DNA of 64,000 nt from Anaerolineae bacterium (GCA_046328615.1 JAXLWG010000019.1:25528-89527), one strand, 5' to 3'; counted from the stretch's first letter, positions 49,695 to 59,552 are shown. The notes: generated by a model not told the origin, from the letters alone. Translations and numbers: made by a program.

Positions 49695-51302
49695 ATGATT
49701 CTTCAGCGCGATACACTGCATTTACCAATCGAGATATTGCACCAACATCAAACTGAAATTGCCGATCTCTGGGCAAATACAATCTTTGCTCAAGCAACTT
49801 TTCGCCCCGGTGATAGCTGGCTGACCATCCTTCGTATGTCAACGGCGCGTGGGATTGCCGCCTTCATCACCTTGTTACAGACCGGGGATTCCGCCGCGCT
49901 CGACGGCTATTTGGGCGAGCTGGCGTTGGAATGTTTACGCACGGGTTTCGCTTTAAGCGAAGTTACGCAGTCGTTATTGCTGTGCAAACTGGCGATGATC
50001 GGGGTGCTCCAGCGCTACAGCATCGCGATAGCGGATGTCTGGGCGTTCAACACCGCGCTGGATACGGCGCTGCACTGGATGATCGTCCGCTTTAACGAGC
50101 AGTACACCGCTGAGCATAACCGCTGCATGCGGGAGCAGCACGAGCACCTCGCGGTCATGCTGCGCCTTGGTGAGCGAAGCGCCACAGCGGTACCGATGGC
50201 AGAGGTGCTCGATCAGGTGGCCAAGGGCATCATGGCGGCGGTAGAGACCGAACACTGCGATTTTTACCTCGTGGCAGAAGATCAGCGGCACACCACGCCC
50301 AAAGAAGGCTTCAGGAAGCGACCACTCACCCCAACGAGTCTGGCGCTCTTTCTGAGCAATCCGCTGAACCTCGCCATCGATCCGTTTTACAAAGAACTCA
50401 TGCAGCGCAAAGCGCCCGTCGTTTCCTACAACGCCCAAACGGATCCGCGCGTGAGCAATCCGGTGGTCAATGCATTGGGAGCAAAAACGGTTCTGGCGGT
50501 GCCGCTCGTCGCCAGTGACCGCGTGATCGCTATTGCGGTCACTGGCACCTTCGATAACTATCGCGCCTTCACCGAAGAACAGATCGAGCTGGCGTGGTCA
50601 GTGGCACGGGCGGCGGCGCTGGTCATTGATAATGCACGCTTGCAGCAGCAGAATCAGCAGATGGCAGCGCTCGAAGAACGTGAACGATTGGCGCGCGAAA
50701 TTCACGATAACCTCGCCCAAGCGTTGAGCATCCTCAAATTGCAGGCGTCGAATATCGCTGAATTAGTGCGAATCGGGGCAGTGGAACAGGCGCTCGCCCG
50801 CATCACCGAGATGAACCGGACGGCTTCGGAAGCCCATGTGGACGCGCGAGAAGCCATCACCAACTTGCGGACGAGCGCTTCATCAAATGATGACTTCATC
50901 CCGAAACTCCGCAGCTACCTTGATAAATACGGCAAGACCTACGGGATTGACACACACCTTGTCTTGGAGACCACGCCGCCAGCGCTCACGTCCGCAGCAG
51001 TGCTCCAGCTAACGCGCGTCATTCAGGAAGCCCTAGCGAATGTGCGCAAACATGCGCATGCGCACGCAGTGCGTGTCTGCCTAGGTCGCACCGATGATCG
51101 CTTTACCGTCGTCGTTGAAGATGATGGGATAGGGTTTGACGCCGCTGCCGGTGCGCAGTTAGAAGGCAGTCGTTTTGGGCTGCAAATCATGCAGGAGCGT
51201 ATGGTTTCCCTCGGTGGACAGCTTCAGGTCGATACCCTGATTGGCCGGGGAACGCGCATCCGGGCGGAGATTCCATTAATCAATGGCAAGGAGAGGGAAT
51301 GA
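49695..51302 (+). CDS. Soluble histidine kinase (RsbRD_N-like helical domain + GAF + HisKA_3 + HATPase)
   Basis: LAVPLV (GAF), EERERLAREIHDNLAQ, QEALANVRKHA, DDGIGFD, FGLQIMQER. Confidence 0.92.
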   Translation: MILQRDTLHLPIEILHQHQTEIADLWANTIFAQATFRPGDSWLTILRMSTARGIAAFITLLQTGDSAALDGYLGELALECLRTGFALSEVTQSLLLCKLAMIGVLQRYSIAIADVWAFNTALDTALHWMIVRFNEQYTAEHNRCMREQHEHLAVMLRLGERSATAVPMAEVLDQVAKGIMAAVETEHCDFYLVAEDQRHTTPKEGFRKRPLTPTSLALFLSNPLNLAIDPFYKELMQRKAPVVSYNAQTDPRVSNPVVNALGAKTVLAVPLVASDRVIAIAVTGTFDNYRAFTEEQIELAWSVARAAALVIDNARLQQQNQQMAALEERERLAREIHDNLAQALSILKLQASNIAELVRIGAVEQALARITEMNRTASEAHVDAREAITNLRTSASSNDDFIPKLRSYLDKYGKTYGIDTHLVLETTPPALTSAAVLQLTRVIQEALANVRKHAHAHAVRVCLGRTDDRFTVVVEDDGIGFDAAAGAQLEGSRFGLQIMQERMVSLGGQLQVDTLIGRGTRIRAEIPLINGKERE

Positions 51303-51976
51303 TGGAGATGCTGCGGGTACTGCTTGTCGATGATCACGCGTTGTTCCGGCAGGGCGTGAAGTCACTCTTGGACAGCCGCTCGAATATCACCGTGGTTGGC
51401 TGCGCGGCAGATGGGTGCGAAGCGGTGGATCTAGCGCGATCCACGCTGCCCGATGTGATCCTCATGGATATTGAGATGCCGCGCTGTGGCGGTTTAGAGG
51501 CCACACGACAGATCAAACGCGAGTTTCCGAGCATCAAAATCGTCGTCCTGACCGTTGCGGATGATGAAGATACCATCTTCGAGGCGATCAAATGCGGCGC
51601 GCAAGGATATCTCCTCAAGTCGATCGAAGCGCATCAACTGTATGACATGCTGGAAGGGCTGCGACGCGGTGACGCACCGCTGTCCGGCAGCATCGCCGCC
51701 AAAATCCTGAGTGAGTTTTCCCATCCGGTCACCGATGCCAGCCAGCCGATCCGCGAGGAATTGTCCGAACGCGAGCGCGGCGTTTTGGAACTCATCGTCG
51801 CGGGCAAAACGAACAAAGAGATTGCGGACGACCTGTTCATTGCCGAAAACACCGTGAAGACCTATCTCGGCAACATCCTCGCCAAACTCCACTTGCAAAA
51901 TCGCATTCAAGCCGCTGTCTATGCGGTAAGTCAAGGGCTGGTGCCGACCCCTTATCCACCGACCGCACATAGCTGA
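51299..51976 (+). CDS. NarL/LuxR-family response regulator
   Basis: VLLVDDHALFRQG, PDVILMDIEMP, LSERE..VL, TNKEIA..L.IAENTVK. Confidence 0.96.
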   Translation: MMEMLRVLLVDDHALFRQGVKSLLDSRSNITVVGCAADGCEAVDLARSTLPDVILMDIEMPRCGGLEATRQIKREFPSIKIVVLTVADDEDTIFEAIKCGAQGYLLKSIEAHQLYDMLEGLRRGDAPLSGSIAAKILSEFSHPVTDASQPIREELSERERGVLELIVAGKTNKEIADDLFIAENTVKTYLGNILAKLHLQNRIQAAVYAVSQGLVPTPYPPTAHS

Positions 51977-51985
51977 TCGCGCCTA

Positions 51986-52097
51986 TGCTCTATCCTCCAT
52001 GTGGGGGATAGAGCACACTCCGCCTCCTCCTCTTGGAGGAGCCACCCTGTATCGAAAATCCTCCGTTTAGCGCCTCAAAATCCTCAACCTTGACGTA
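51986..52097 (+). promoter_or_regulatory. Array of putative NarL-type response regulator boxes
   Basis: 7-4-7 palindromes ATCCTCC-ATGT-GGGGGAT (51992) and CTCCTCC-TCTT-GGAGGAG (52024); half-sites ATCCTCC (52058) and ATCCTCA (52080). Confidence 0.55.
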
Positions 52098-52185
52098 ATG
52101 CATGCTGCCCCGGCGGGGTAAGTTTGTGCCCATCGCTTCGCCGCTGATGTCTATGGCGAAGCACACAAACTAGAGGGTATCCAAC

Positions 52186-53823
52186 ATGAGTCATAAACAG
52201 GAACCAAAAGGATTTTCACGGCGCACGTTCCTTAAAGGTACAGGCATGACGGTCGTCGCAGCGGCGGCTGGAGCAAGTTTATTTAATCCGCAGCAGGCAT
52301 CGGCCCAGGAAAGCAGCACTTGGGACACGCCGCCCGCCCCCATTCCGGATTCACAGATCGTCGAAACCATTGACGCCGACGTGGTCGTCGTTGGTGCAGG
52401 CTTTGCCGGAACCACGAGCGCCTGTCGCGCTGCCGAAAACGGCGCACGCGTGGTGGTGCTGGAAAAGGGCGCGACGTGGAGCGGTCGTGGCGGCGGCATC
52501 GGCGTGTTTACCTCACGCATGATGCGAGATGCAGGGATTGAACTCGACAAAGAAGTCCTTGCGCGCGAATTGATCGAGATGTGCGGCAACCGCTCCAAAG
52601 AATCGCTCGTGTGGCTGTTCCTGAACGAGAGCGGCAATGCGATGGATTGGTGGCTCGAAAAAGCGGATGCGATCGGTTTGACGGGCATGCTGTGGGGCGG
52701 TGTGTACAAGGGGCCGAACTACACCGAGTATCCCTGCTACCACATGTTCTTCGGCGGCCCAGCGTCCCAGCAGGGCTTGGACCCCGGTGCGGAACTCGCC
52801 AACCTCATGTACGAGGAATCCCTCAGACTTGGCGCGACATACTATTTCCGCGCTCCGGGTGAACAGTTGGTGAAGGATGGCGATCGCGTGGTGGCCGTCA
52901 TCGCCAATACACCGGATGGCTACAAACGCTTCAACGCGGCCAAAGGCGTTGTTTTGGCAACCGGCGATATCGGCGGAAACCCGGAGATGTGTGCTGAACT
53001 CGCACCGCTCGCCCTCCGCGCAAACGAATCGGACTATACGCCCATCGGTCAGAACACGGGCGACGGTCACCGGATGGGCAAGTGGGCAGGTGGCGCGCTG
53101 CAAGACACACCGTTCCCAACCATGATCCACCCGCAGGCGTATTCATGGTTCTCACCCGGCTGCTACCCCTATGTCAACGTACGCGGCGAACGCTACATGA
53201 ATGAAGACAGTTGGGTGCAGGCAAAATCGCTGCAATGCATGATGCAGCCGGAACATGCGTGGGCGTTCTCGGTCGTCGACTCCAATTGGCCGACCGTGCT
53301 CACACAGTCGGTACAAACGGGCGGCGGCATGTTCTGGGACTCGTTCCGCGCCTATGGTAGTGACTTCGACCCCGGCTATTTCCAAGGACTTATTGAAAGC
53401 TACCTGACTGCCGGTAACTGGGCATGGCGAGCGGACACGCTGGAAGAATTGGCTGCGCAAATCGGCGTACCAGCGGAAACCTTCGTCGAGACCGTGATGC
53501 GCTACAACGAATTGGTTGACGGCGGTAAAGACCTGGATTACGGCAAGCGCGCCGAGCAGTTCTTCGCCAAGGTCGAACAGGGGCCGTTCTATGCCTTCAA
53601 GTTCGGTCCGGCGCTGCTGACAGTTGTCGGCGGGCTGGAAGTAGATACCAAGCTGCGCGTCCTCGATGACAACCACAACCCGGTTCCCGGCTTGTATGCG
53701 ATTGGGAACGTTTCCGGCAGCATCTTCGGTCAGGATTACCCAATCCAGATCCCCGGCATCAGCCACGGTCGCTGCCTGACCTGGGGTTATTTGGTCGGCT
53801 CAAACATCATGGAAGAAGCGTAA
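52186..53823 (+). CDS. Tat-exported FAD-dependent oxidoreductase (flavocytochrome c / fumarate reductase flavoprotein superfamily)
   Basis: SRRTFLKG, DVVVVGAGFAG, VLATGD, NTGDG, VNVRGERYMNE, GGL..D..LRVLD, GLYAIGN. Confidence 0.92.
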   Translation: MSHKQEPKGFSRRTFLKGTGMTVVAAAAGASLFNPQQASAQESSTWDTPPAPIPDSQIVETIDADVVVVGAGFAGTTSACRAAENGARVVVLEKGATWSGRGGGIGVFTSRMMRDAGIELDKEVLARELIEMCGNRSKESLVWLFLNESGNAMDWWLEKADAIGLTGMLWGGVYKGPNYTEYPCYHMFFGGPASQQGLDPGAELANLMYEESLRLGATYYFRAPGEQLVKDGDRVVAVIANTPDGYKRFNAAKGVVLATGDIGGNPEMCAELAPLALRANESDYTPIGQNTGDGHRMGKWAGGALQDTPFPTMIHPQAYSWFSPGCYPYVNVRGERYMNEDSWVQAKSLQCMMQPEHAWAFSVVDSNWPTVLTQSVQTGGGMFWDSFRAYGSDFDPGYFQGLIESYLTAGNWAWRADTLEELAAQIGVPAETFVETVMRYNELVDGGKDLDYGKRAEQFFAKVEQGPFYAFKFGPALLTVVGGLEVDTKLRVLDDNHNPVPGLYAIGNVSGSIFGQDYPIQIPGISHGRCLTWGYLVGSNIMEEA

Positions 53824-53915
53824 AACAGCCCGCAACCCGAGGTATGCGCGCGGTGCGCATACCTCGACCGTGCTGTTCCCCCTTCATCGCCCGATCTGTT
53901 CATCAGGAAGACTGC

Positions 53916-54551
53916 ATGTTTAAGCGTAAACCCAAGAACCAAAACGCGGCTGAGACCTCGGTGCCAAGCGTACGCAAACGTCGTGACTGGCTCAAGATCA
54001 GTCTGGTCCTCAATATCGCGTTTATCATTGTGGTCGGTACGGTTGGCGCGGTCTCTGCTGTCGTCTACCAATCAGACACCAACCCGAACTTCTGCGGCAG
54101 TTGTCATCTCATGCAGTCGCATGTTACGTCTTACTACACCAGTGGCAACCTCGACAATGTACATCAACAAGCCGGGGTGGAGTGTAAAGACTGCCATGAT
54201 TATCCGCTGCAGGAAGAAATCAGCGCTGGCATCAACTATCTCACCAGCAGCTATGTGGTGGACGACAATGGCGAACTATTGAAGCGTGACTTCGGTGACG
54301 AAATCTGTACGCAGTGCCACGTAAGTTTGGAAAATGTCGCGCGGTCGACAGACTTCCTCTACTACAACCCACACGGCACGCGCATGGGGACGTTCGCTTG
54401 CAGTACCTGCCACATCTCCCATGGTGAGCAAATTGACTATTGCAGCGGATGTCATACCAACGGGGGTCAGCGGATGCTCGGTGATGATACGCCGCGCGCC
54501 GAAGTGCTCGGTCGCCCCGTAGTCAATCACTACGGGCTGTATGGGCAGTAA
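53916..54551 (+). CDS. Membrane-anchored pentaheme cytochrome c (NapC/NrfH-like N-terminus)
   Basis: One TM helix; five CxxCH motifs (CGSCH, CKDCH, CTQCH, CSTCH, CSGCH). Confidence 0.9.
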   Translation: MFKRKPKNQNAAETSVPSVRKRRDWLKISLVLNIAFIIVVGTVGAVSAVVYQSDTNPNFCGSCHLMQSHVTSYYTSGNLDNVHQQAGVECKDCHDYPLQEEISAGINYLTSSYVVDDNGELLKRDFGDEICTQCHVSLENVARSTDFLYYNPHGTRMGTFACSTCHISHGEQIDYCSGCHTNGGQRMLGDDTPRAEVLGRPVVNHYGLYGQ

Positions 54552-54608
54552 CCCCGCTAACGATCTCCGCACATCAAAACGGAATAATTCAGTGGGTCTG
54601 CTACTGAT

Positions 54609-54636
54609 AAAAACCCCGGTGATGAACCGGGGCTTC
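54609..54636. terminator. Terminator-like hairpin
   Basis: AAAAA CCCCGGT-GATGA-ACCGGGG CTTC. Confidence 0.55.
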
Positions 54637-54989
54637 GCCGCTTCTGCATGTAAAGCGGCAGCCCTTGGGGACAGTCGTATTCGCGTTTCATAGAGGGGAG
54701 AGCTTTATCCAACCGGATTCTTACGCATGAGGAGTCCGGGTACACCGAGATTCACCTCCAGCCCGAAACGCACTTCATTTTTGTCAGCGCGCAATTCGCT
54801 TCCGTCCGGTTGTCATGCTGTTGAGAAACATTCTTTGGCTTGAAGCCTAGCCTGTAGTTTAAAAGTTGAGGCGGGTGTTATGACTCCTGCGTAAAACCGT
54901 AGTCGCATTCTTAAAAGAAAGCTTCAGATGATTTAATCGGCGCTCGACTACTCTTGTGGGGTACATCCCTGATGAGGAGCGAGACACAT

Positions 54990-55802
54990 ATGCTCGAAAT
55001 TTCCGATCTACGGGTCGTCTATGCGAATGGCAATGAAGCGCTCAAGTCAATTTCTGTGAGCGCCAATGCAGGAGAAATCATCGCCATCATCGGGCGTTCC
55101 GGGGCCGGAAAATCGACTCTGCTGCGCTGCATCAATGGCTTGCAAAAACCGACCGGCGGCAGTGTTGTCCTTGATGGTGAAAACATCACCACCATGAGCC
55201 CCAGCGAACTACGCACCACACGCCGTTACATCGGCTTCATCTGGCAGGAATACAACCTCGTCGAACGTCTACCCGCTATCACCAATGTGCTCAGTGGGCG
55301 GCTTGGCTACAACCGCAATATCGGCAGCCTTGCTTATTACTTTGATACGACTCACCGCGAAATCGCTCTGCGCAGCCTCGATCGAGTTGGTCTGCTGCAC
55401 CGTGCAAAGTTCCGCTCCGACCGTCTTTCCGGAGGGGAAAAGCAGCGCGTTGCCATTGCCCGCGCCATCAGCCAGCAGCCCAAAATCATCCTCGCAGATG
55501 AACCCGTAGCCAGCCTTGACCCCGAACTTAGCGTGCAGGTAATGACCGACCTTTCTCGTGTAGCCCGCGAAGATGGCGTACTCACACTGATCAATATTCA
55601 TCAGGTTGAACTGGCAAGGCAATTTGCCGATCGCTTGATTGGCATCGCGCAGGGTGTTGTCGTCTACGATGGAGCGCCGGAGGGGCTAACCGACGAGGTG
55701 CTGGACAGCATTTACCGCTTCGACAAACAAGAAACAATCCCCGTGCCACACCGCCAATCCCACCCAACCAATCCCATCGCCCAGCGCGTAATGCTTCCCT
55801 GA
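54990..55802 (+). CDS. phnC: Phosphonate ABC transporter ATP-binding protein
   Basis: GRSGAGKSTLLRCING, LSGGEKQRVAIARA, ILADEPVASLDP. Confidence 0.93.
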   Translation: MLEISDLRVVYANGNEALKSISVSANAGEIIAIIGRSGAGKSTLLRCINGLQKPTGGSVVLDGENITTMSPSELRTTRRYIGFIWQEYNLVERLPAITNVLSGRLGYNRNIGSLAYYFDTTHREIALRSLDRVGLLHRAKFRSDRLSGGEKQRVAIARAISQQPKIILADEPVASLDPELSVQVMTDLSRVAREDGVLTLINIHQVELARQFADRLIGIAQGVVVYDGAPEGLTDEVLDSIYRFDKQETIPVPHRQSHPTNPIAQRVMLP

Positions 55803-55808
55803 GGACAC

Positions 55809-56891
55809 ATGGCGCAGATCACTCCTAAATCGCCCGCCGCTCCCCTCTCGCCTGAAACTCTGCGCGAACAACTTTTACGTCCCTTCCCCCGAATTAGCTG
55901 GAAAGCGATCGTGATCGGGTTGGCGATCGTAGGGATACTGTCGTGGAGCATAAGTGGCACGCAAACCAGTTTAACCACCCTCGTGGACGGGCTACCGCAG
56001 GTATGGAATTTCATCTTGCGTCTGCTCCCGCCATCGTTTGAGCTAAAACCGGGCACTGTTTCCACCTTTCTAAACGGTGGTACCGAATACACTGCACCCA
56101 TTGCCTCGGCAGAAGCAGAAATTCGGGCACACTACATCCCCGGCGGCACCGACATTATTTACATCCACGATAAAGATGGCGTCCCAATCTCCACCCTTCA
56201 ACGCCAATTAGCACAGCGCATCTCTTTCCTCCGCGCCGATGGACTTGACACTATTCGCTACGTCGTCGGTGCCAGCGGTTTCACGGTTGGATGGCCGAAA
56301 GTGATTGATGACATCGTTGTCACACTTCAAATGGCCGTCATCGGCACGATTGGGGCGGTACTGCTGGCGCTGCCCTTTGCGCTGCTCGCTGCGCACAATG
56401 TCTCTCCCAGCCCCATCATCTACCAGACCACACGCCTAATCCTCAATACCCTGCGCTCTGTCCCCGAACTGATCTATGGCCTGATCTTCGTTGCCGCTGT
56501 CGGGCTTGGGCCGTTTGCAGGCGTGCTGGCGATTATGTTCGGATCGGTCGGGTCACTTTCGCGCCTGTTCGCTGAAGCTCTCGAACAGATCGATCCACAG
56601 CAGGTGCTCGCGCTGCGGGCAACCGGTGCGGGTGGTGCGCAAACCTTTATGTATGCGATGGTGCCGCAGGCGCTTCCTCTCTTGATTTCCTATTCGCTGG
56701 TCTACTTCGAACACAACGTCCGCAACGCAACCATTGTTGGTCTCGTTGGCGCGGGCGGCGTAGGCCTGACGATTTTCACCTATATGTCGCTCTTTCAGTA
56801 CAACTACATGTTGGGAGCGACGATCATCCTCATCTTGGCTGTCACGGTCATCGACCGTCTCAGTAACTACATCCGCAGCCGCTTTATCTAG
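55809..56891 (+). CDS. phnE: Phosphonate ABC transporter permease (with extra loop insertion)
   Basis: TLQMA..GT, RSVPELI..LIFV.AVGLGP, FEHNVR.ATIVGLVGAGGVG. Confidence 0.92.
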   Translation: MAQITPKSPAAPLSPETLREQLLRPFPRISWKAIVIGLAIVGILSWSISGTQTSLTTLVDGLPQVWNFILRLLPPSFELKPGTVSTFLNGGTEYTAPIASAEAEIRAHYIPGGTDIIYIHDKDGVPISTLQRQLAQRISFLRADGLDTIRYVVGASGFTVGWPKVIDDIVVTLQMAVIGTIGAVLLALPFALLAAHNVSPSPIIYQTTRLILNTLRSVPELIYGLIFVAAVGLGPFAGVLAIMFGSVGSLSRLFAEALEQIDPQQVLALRATGAGGAQTFMYAMVPQALPLLISYSLVYFEHNVRNATIVGLVGAGGVGLTIFTYMSLFQYNYMLGATIILILAVTVIDRLSNYIRSRFI

Positions 56892-56945
56892 CGGGCGTAT
56901 GCAGTTGTATTGCATTGGCAAAACCTGTTTCTTGAAAGGGAACCC

Positions 56946-58001
56946 ATGAAGAAGATCGGTCTCGTCCTCGCCCTCGTTTTCGCTCTGTTCAGCATCAGCA
57001 TGGTATTCGCGCAAGACGCGACGCCCGAAGCAGTCGATCGCACTGGTTGGCCGGAAACCTTCATCATTGGTGTGTACCCCGGTGATAATTTGGAAGCCGC
57101 GATCGCGTCGAACCAGCCTCTCGCAGATTATCTGACCGAGACTCTCGGCGTTCGCACGGTCATCATCACCGGCACCAGCTACACCGCTGTTATCGAAGCG
57201 ATGCGCGCTGGCCGCGCAGACGGCTTCGAAGTCGGTCCGTTCTCCTATGTCCTCGCTGCTCAGGAAGCCAACGCCGAAGCGCTGGTTGTCGCCTCGTCGC
57301 TGAACAGCCCCACGTTGGAATCGGTTGCGAACCTGCCGACGGACTTCGCCCCCGGTTACTTCAGCGTGATGTTCACCCTCAAGGGCAGCGGGATCGCCAG
57401 TGTCGCCGATCTGGAAGGTCACAGCTTCGCCTTTACCGACCCGGCCTCGACCAGCGGTTACCTGATCCCGGCCACAGACTTGATGACGTCCATGGGCTTC
57501 ACTGACCCGGCACAGATCGAAACGTTCGTCAGCCCCGTGTTCGCGGGCAATCACCCGGCGGCAGTGCTCGCGGTTCAGAACGGCACCACCGATGCAGGCG
57601 CGACTTTCGATGGCAACCTCGTGGCGCAGGCACAGGCCGGTCAAATCCAGCTTTGCGGCTACAACCCGGATACGAACGAATTCCCCTACCTCGCTGCGAT
57701 GACGCAGGACGAAATCGACGCTATCTATAACGACTGCCCCGATGGCAGCATCGTCGTCTTCCACCAGTCGCCCCTCATCCCTCAGACCCCCTTCGCCATC
57801 AACAGCGCGCTGCCTCAGTCGTTCAAGGACGCGGTGAAGGCTGCCCTGCTCGATGTGGTCAATCACCCTGAACTGACGGTGGCACTCGCCCGCTACTATG
57901 TTGATCCGAGCACGCTGCTGGGTTTGGACTCGCTGGATGCGTATTACAACCCGCTCCGCGACACCGCCACCCTGCTGCGCATGGATTTGAGCGCGCGCTA
58001 A
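56946..58001 (+). CDS. phnD: Phosphonate ABC transporter substrate-binding protein
   Basis: Signal peptide; SYTAVIEAM, GPFSYV, FTDPASTSGYLIP, GNHPA. Confidence 0.9.
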   Translation: MKKIGLVLALVFALFSISMVFAQDATPEAVDRTGWPETFIIGVYPGDNLEAAIASNQPLADYLTETLGVRTVIITGTSYTAVIEAMRAGRADGFEVGPFSYVLAAQEANAEALVVASSLNSPTLESVANLPTDFAPGYFSVMFTLKGSGIASVADLEGHSFAFTDPASTSGYLIPATDLMTSMGFTDPAQIETFVSPVFAGNHPAAVLAVQNGTTDAGATFDGNLVAQAQAGQIQLCGYNPDTNEFPYLAAMTQDEIDAIYNDCPDGSIVVFHQSPLIPQTPFAINSALPQSFKDAVKAALLDVVNHPELTVALARYYVDPSTLLGLDSLDAYYNPLRDTATLLRMDLSAR

Positions 58002-58057
58002 CCGCTCCCAAGCCCGGTGGGCGCCCATCGATGTAGGTACTTTCGTAGTACAATCGC

Positions 58058-58087
58058 GATAAGGGCAGAGCGCGCTCTGCCCTTATC
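58058..58087. repeat. 30-bp perfect palindrome between phnD and phnG (stabiliser or attenuator hairpin)
   Basis: GATAAGGGCAGAGCG CGCTCTGCCCTTATC. Confidence 0.7.
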
Positions 58088-58125
58088 CCTTTCTCAATGC
58101 GACCAATAGCCAAAGAGAAACGCTT

Positions 58126-58551
58126 GTGACCGCCTTTTCACAGTCCGACTATTTATCTATTTTCACGCACGCCCCCGCTGAAGCTGTCAAAGCGCTTGCC
58201 GAAGCGATTCTTCCCGATTTAGGGGCCATTCAAGTGCTCAAGAATCGCACAGGGCTGGTTATGCTGCCCTACAGTGACAGCGCAGGTGGCGTAACCTTTC
58301 ACTTAGGCGAAATCCTCGTCAGCGAAGCCCACATACAGCTCGAAAACGGTACCGAAGGCTATGCACTCGTCACCGGGCGCGATCTGGTGTTGGCGGTTGG
58401 CATCGCTGTCCTTGATGCCGCAATGCAGACGGGCATCCACACTGAAACTATCACTGCCTTTCTGGTGCAGGCGCACGCTGATCAAGCCGCCGCCGATGAC
58501 CATCTGCTCAAGCAGGTGGAAGCCACCCGCATCGAAATGGAGACATTCTGA
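58126..58551 (+). CDS. phnG: C-P lyase subunit PhnG
   Basis: TGLVML, FHLGEILVSEA, GRD, QVEATRIEMETF; operon position. Confidence 0.88.
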   Translation: MTAFSQSDYLSIFTHAPAEAVKALAEAILPDLGAIQVLKNRTGLVMLPYSDSAGGVTFHLGEILVSEAHIQLENGTEGYALVTGRDLVLAVGIAVLDAAMQTGIHTETITAFLVQAHADQAAADDHLLKQVEATRIEMETF

Positions 58552-59114
58552 TGCCTACCCATCCCCCCTACACACCCTCTGAAGCGCTCGCTCGCGAGAC
58601 ATTTCTCGCACTGATGTGGTCACTCAGCTACCCGGGGAGGATTCACACGCTTCCCGACAGCGGCCCGCCGTTTGAGTCAATTGCCCACGCGCTGCTCGAT
58701 TTAGAGACAACCTTCTACACGCCTGAGGCGGCACTCGCTAACGTGCTGGCGCATAACGGCGCACGGGCGTTTCCACCGGAAACCGCCGCCTATCACTTTT
58801 ACCCGGCTGTAACCGATCTTGCATCCATCCGTGCGGCGAGTGTAGGAACACTGCTCTACCCGGATCGCTCGGCGACACTGTTTGTAGACTGCACGCTGAA
58901 TGCCGATGACGGCGACCTGTTTATCTTGACCGGGCCGGGGATTAATGGGGAAACGCGGGTACGAGTTGCCGGACTGCCACGTGAGTTCTGGGCAATCCGT
59001 GAACAGCGATGCCGTTTCCCGCTGGGTTGGGATGTTTACTTGATCGATCAATCCCGTGTGATCGGACTGCCGCGCAGCACGAAAATGCTCTCGGTCGCCC
59101 ATGACGCACGATAA
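58551..59114 (+). CDS. phnH: C-P lyase subunit PhnH
   Basis: F.ALM..LSYPG, LLDLET, GTL.YPDRSATL, LTGPGI, FPLGWD, GLPRST. Confidence 0.92.
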   Translation: MPTHPPYTPSEALARETFLALMWSLSYPGRIHTLPDSGPPFESIAHALLDLETTFYTPEAALANVLAHNGARAFPPETAAYHFYPAVTDLASIRAASVGTLLYPDRSATLFVDCTLNADDGDLFILTGPGINGETRVRVAGLPREFWAIREQRCRFPLGWDVYLIDQSRVIGLPRSTKMLSVAHDAR

Positions 59115-59129
59115 CTGAAGGACGCAGCC

Positions 59130-59552
59130 ATGTATGTCGCAGCAAAAGGCGGCGAAGCTGCCATTCAAGAATCAGAAGCTTTATTTCATCGATTGAAAGG
59201 CGCACCCACGCGCGAACTGGTCAAGGCGATCGAGCAGTTTTTGCCTTACTTAATCGACCGGGTGATGGGCGAAGCCTCGCTGTATGCGCCGGAATTAGCC
59301 GCATTGGCGATTGCACAAGCGGGCGGCGACTTATACGAAGCGGTGCTGCTGCTGCGCGCCTATCGTTCGACGCAGCCGCGCCTCGCCTATGCCGTACCGG
59401 TGACGCCAGAAAAACTCTTCACCCTGCGGCGCATCTCTGCCTACACACCCTCTGAGGCCTTTCGCTCGCCAGAGACATTTCTCACACTGATGTGGTCACT
59501 CAGCTACCCGGGGGAGGATTCACACGCTTCCCGACAGCGGCCCGCCGTTTGA
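59130..59552 (+). pseudogene. phnI: Truncated phnI N-terminus fused to the duplicated phnH sequence
   Basis: MYVAAKGGEAAI...LLRAYRST...RRISA followed by the phnH peptide YTPSEA..ETFL.LMWSLSYPG. Confidence 0.85.

Noticed and set aside
54780-54960. Possible Pho box upstream of phnC
   Set aside because: Only weak half-sites (TTGTCAT; TTAAAA/TTCAGA/TTAATC) with irregular spacing.
56553-58028. 491-aa minus-strand ORF
   Set aside because: Antisense shadow of phnE/phnD with no motifs; expected from GC-rich codon bias.
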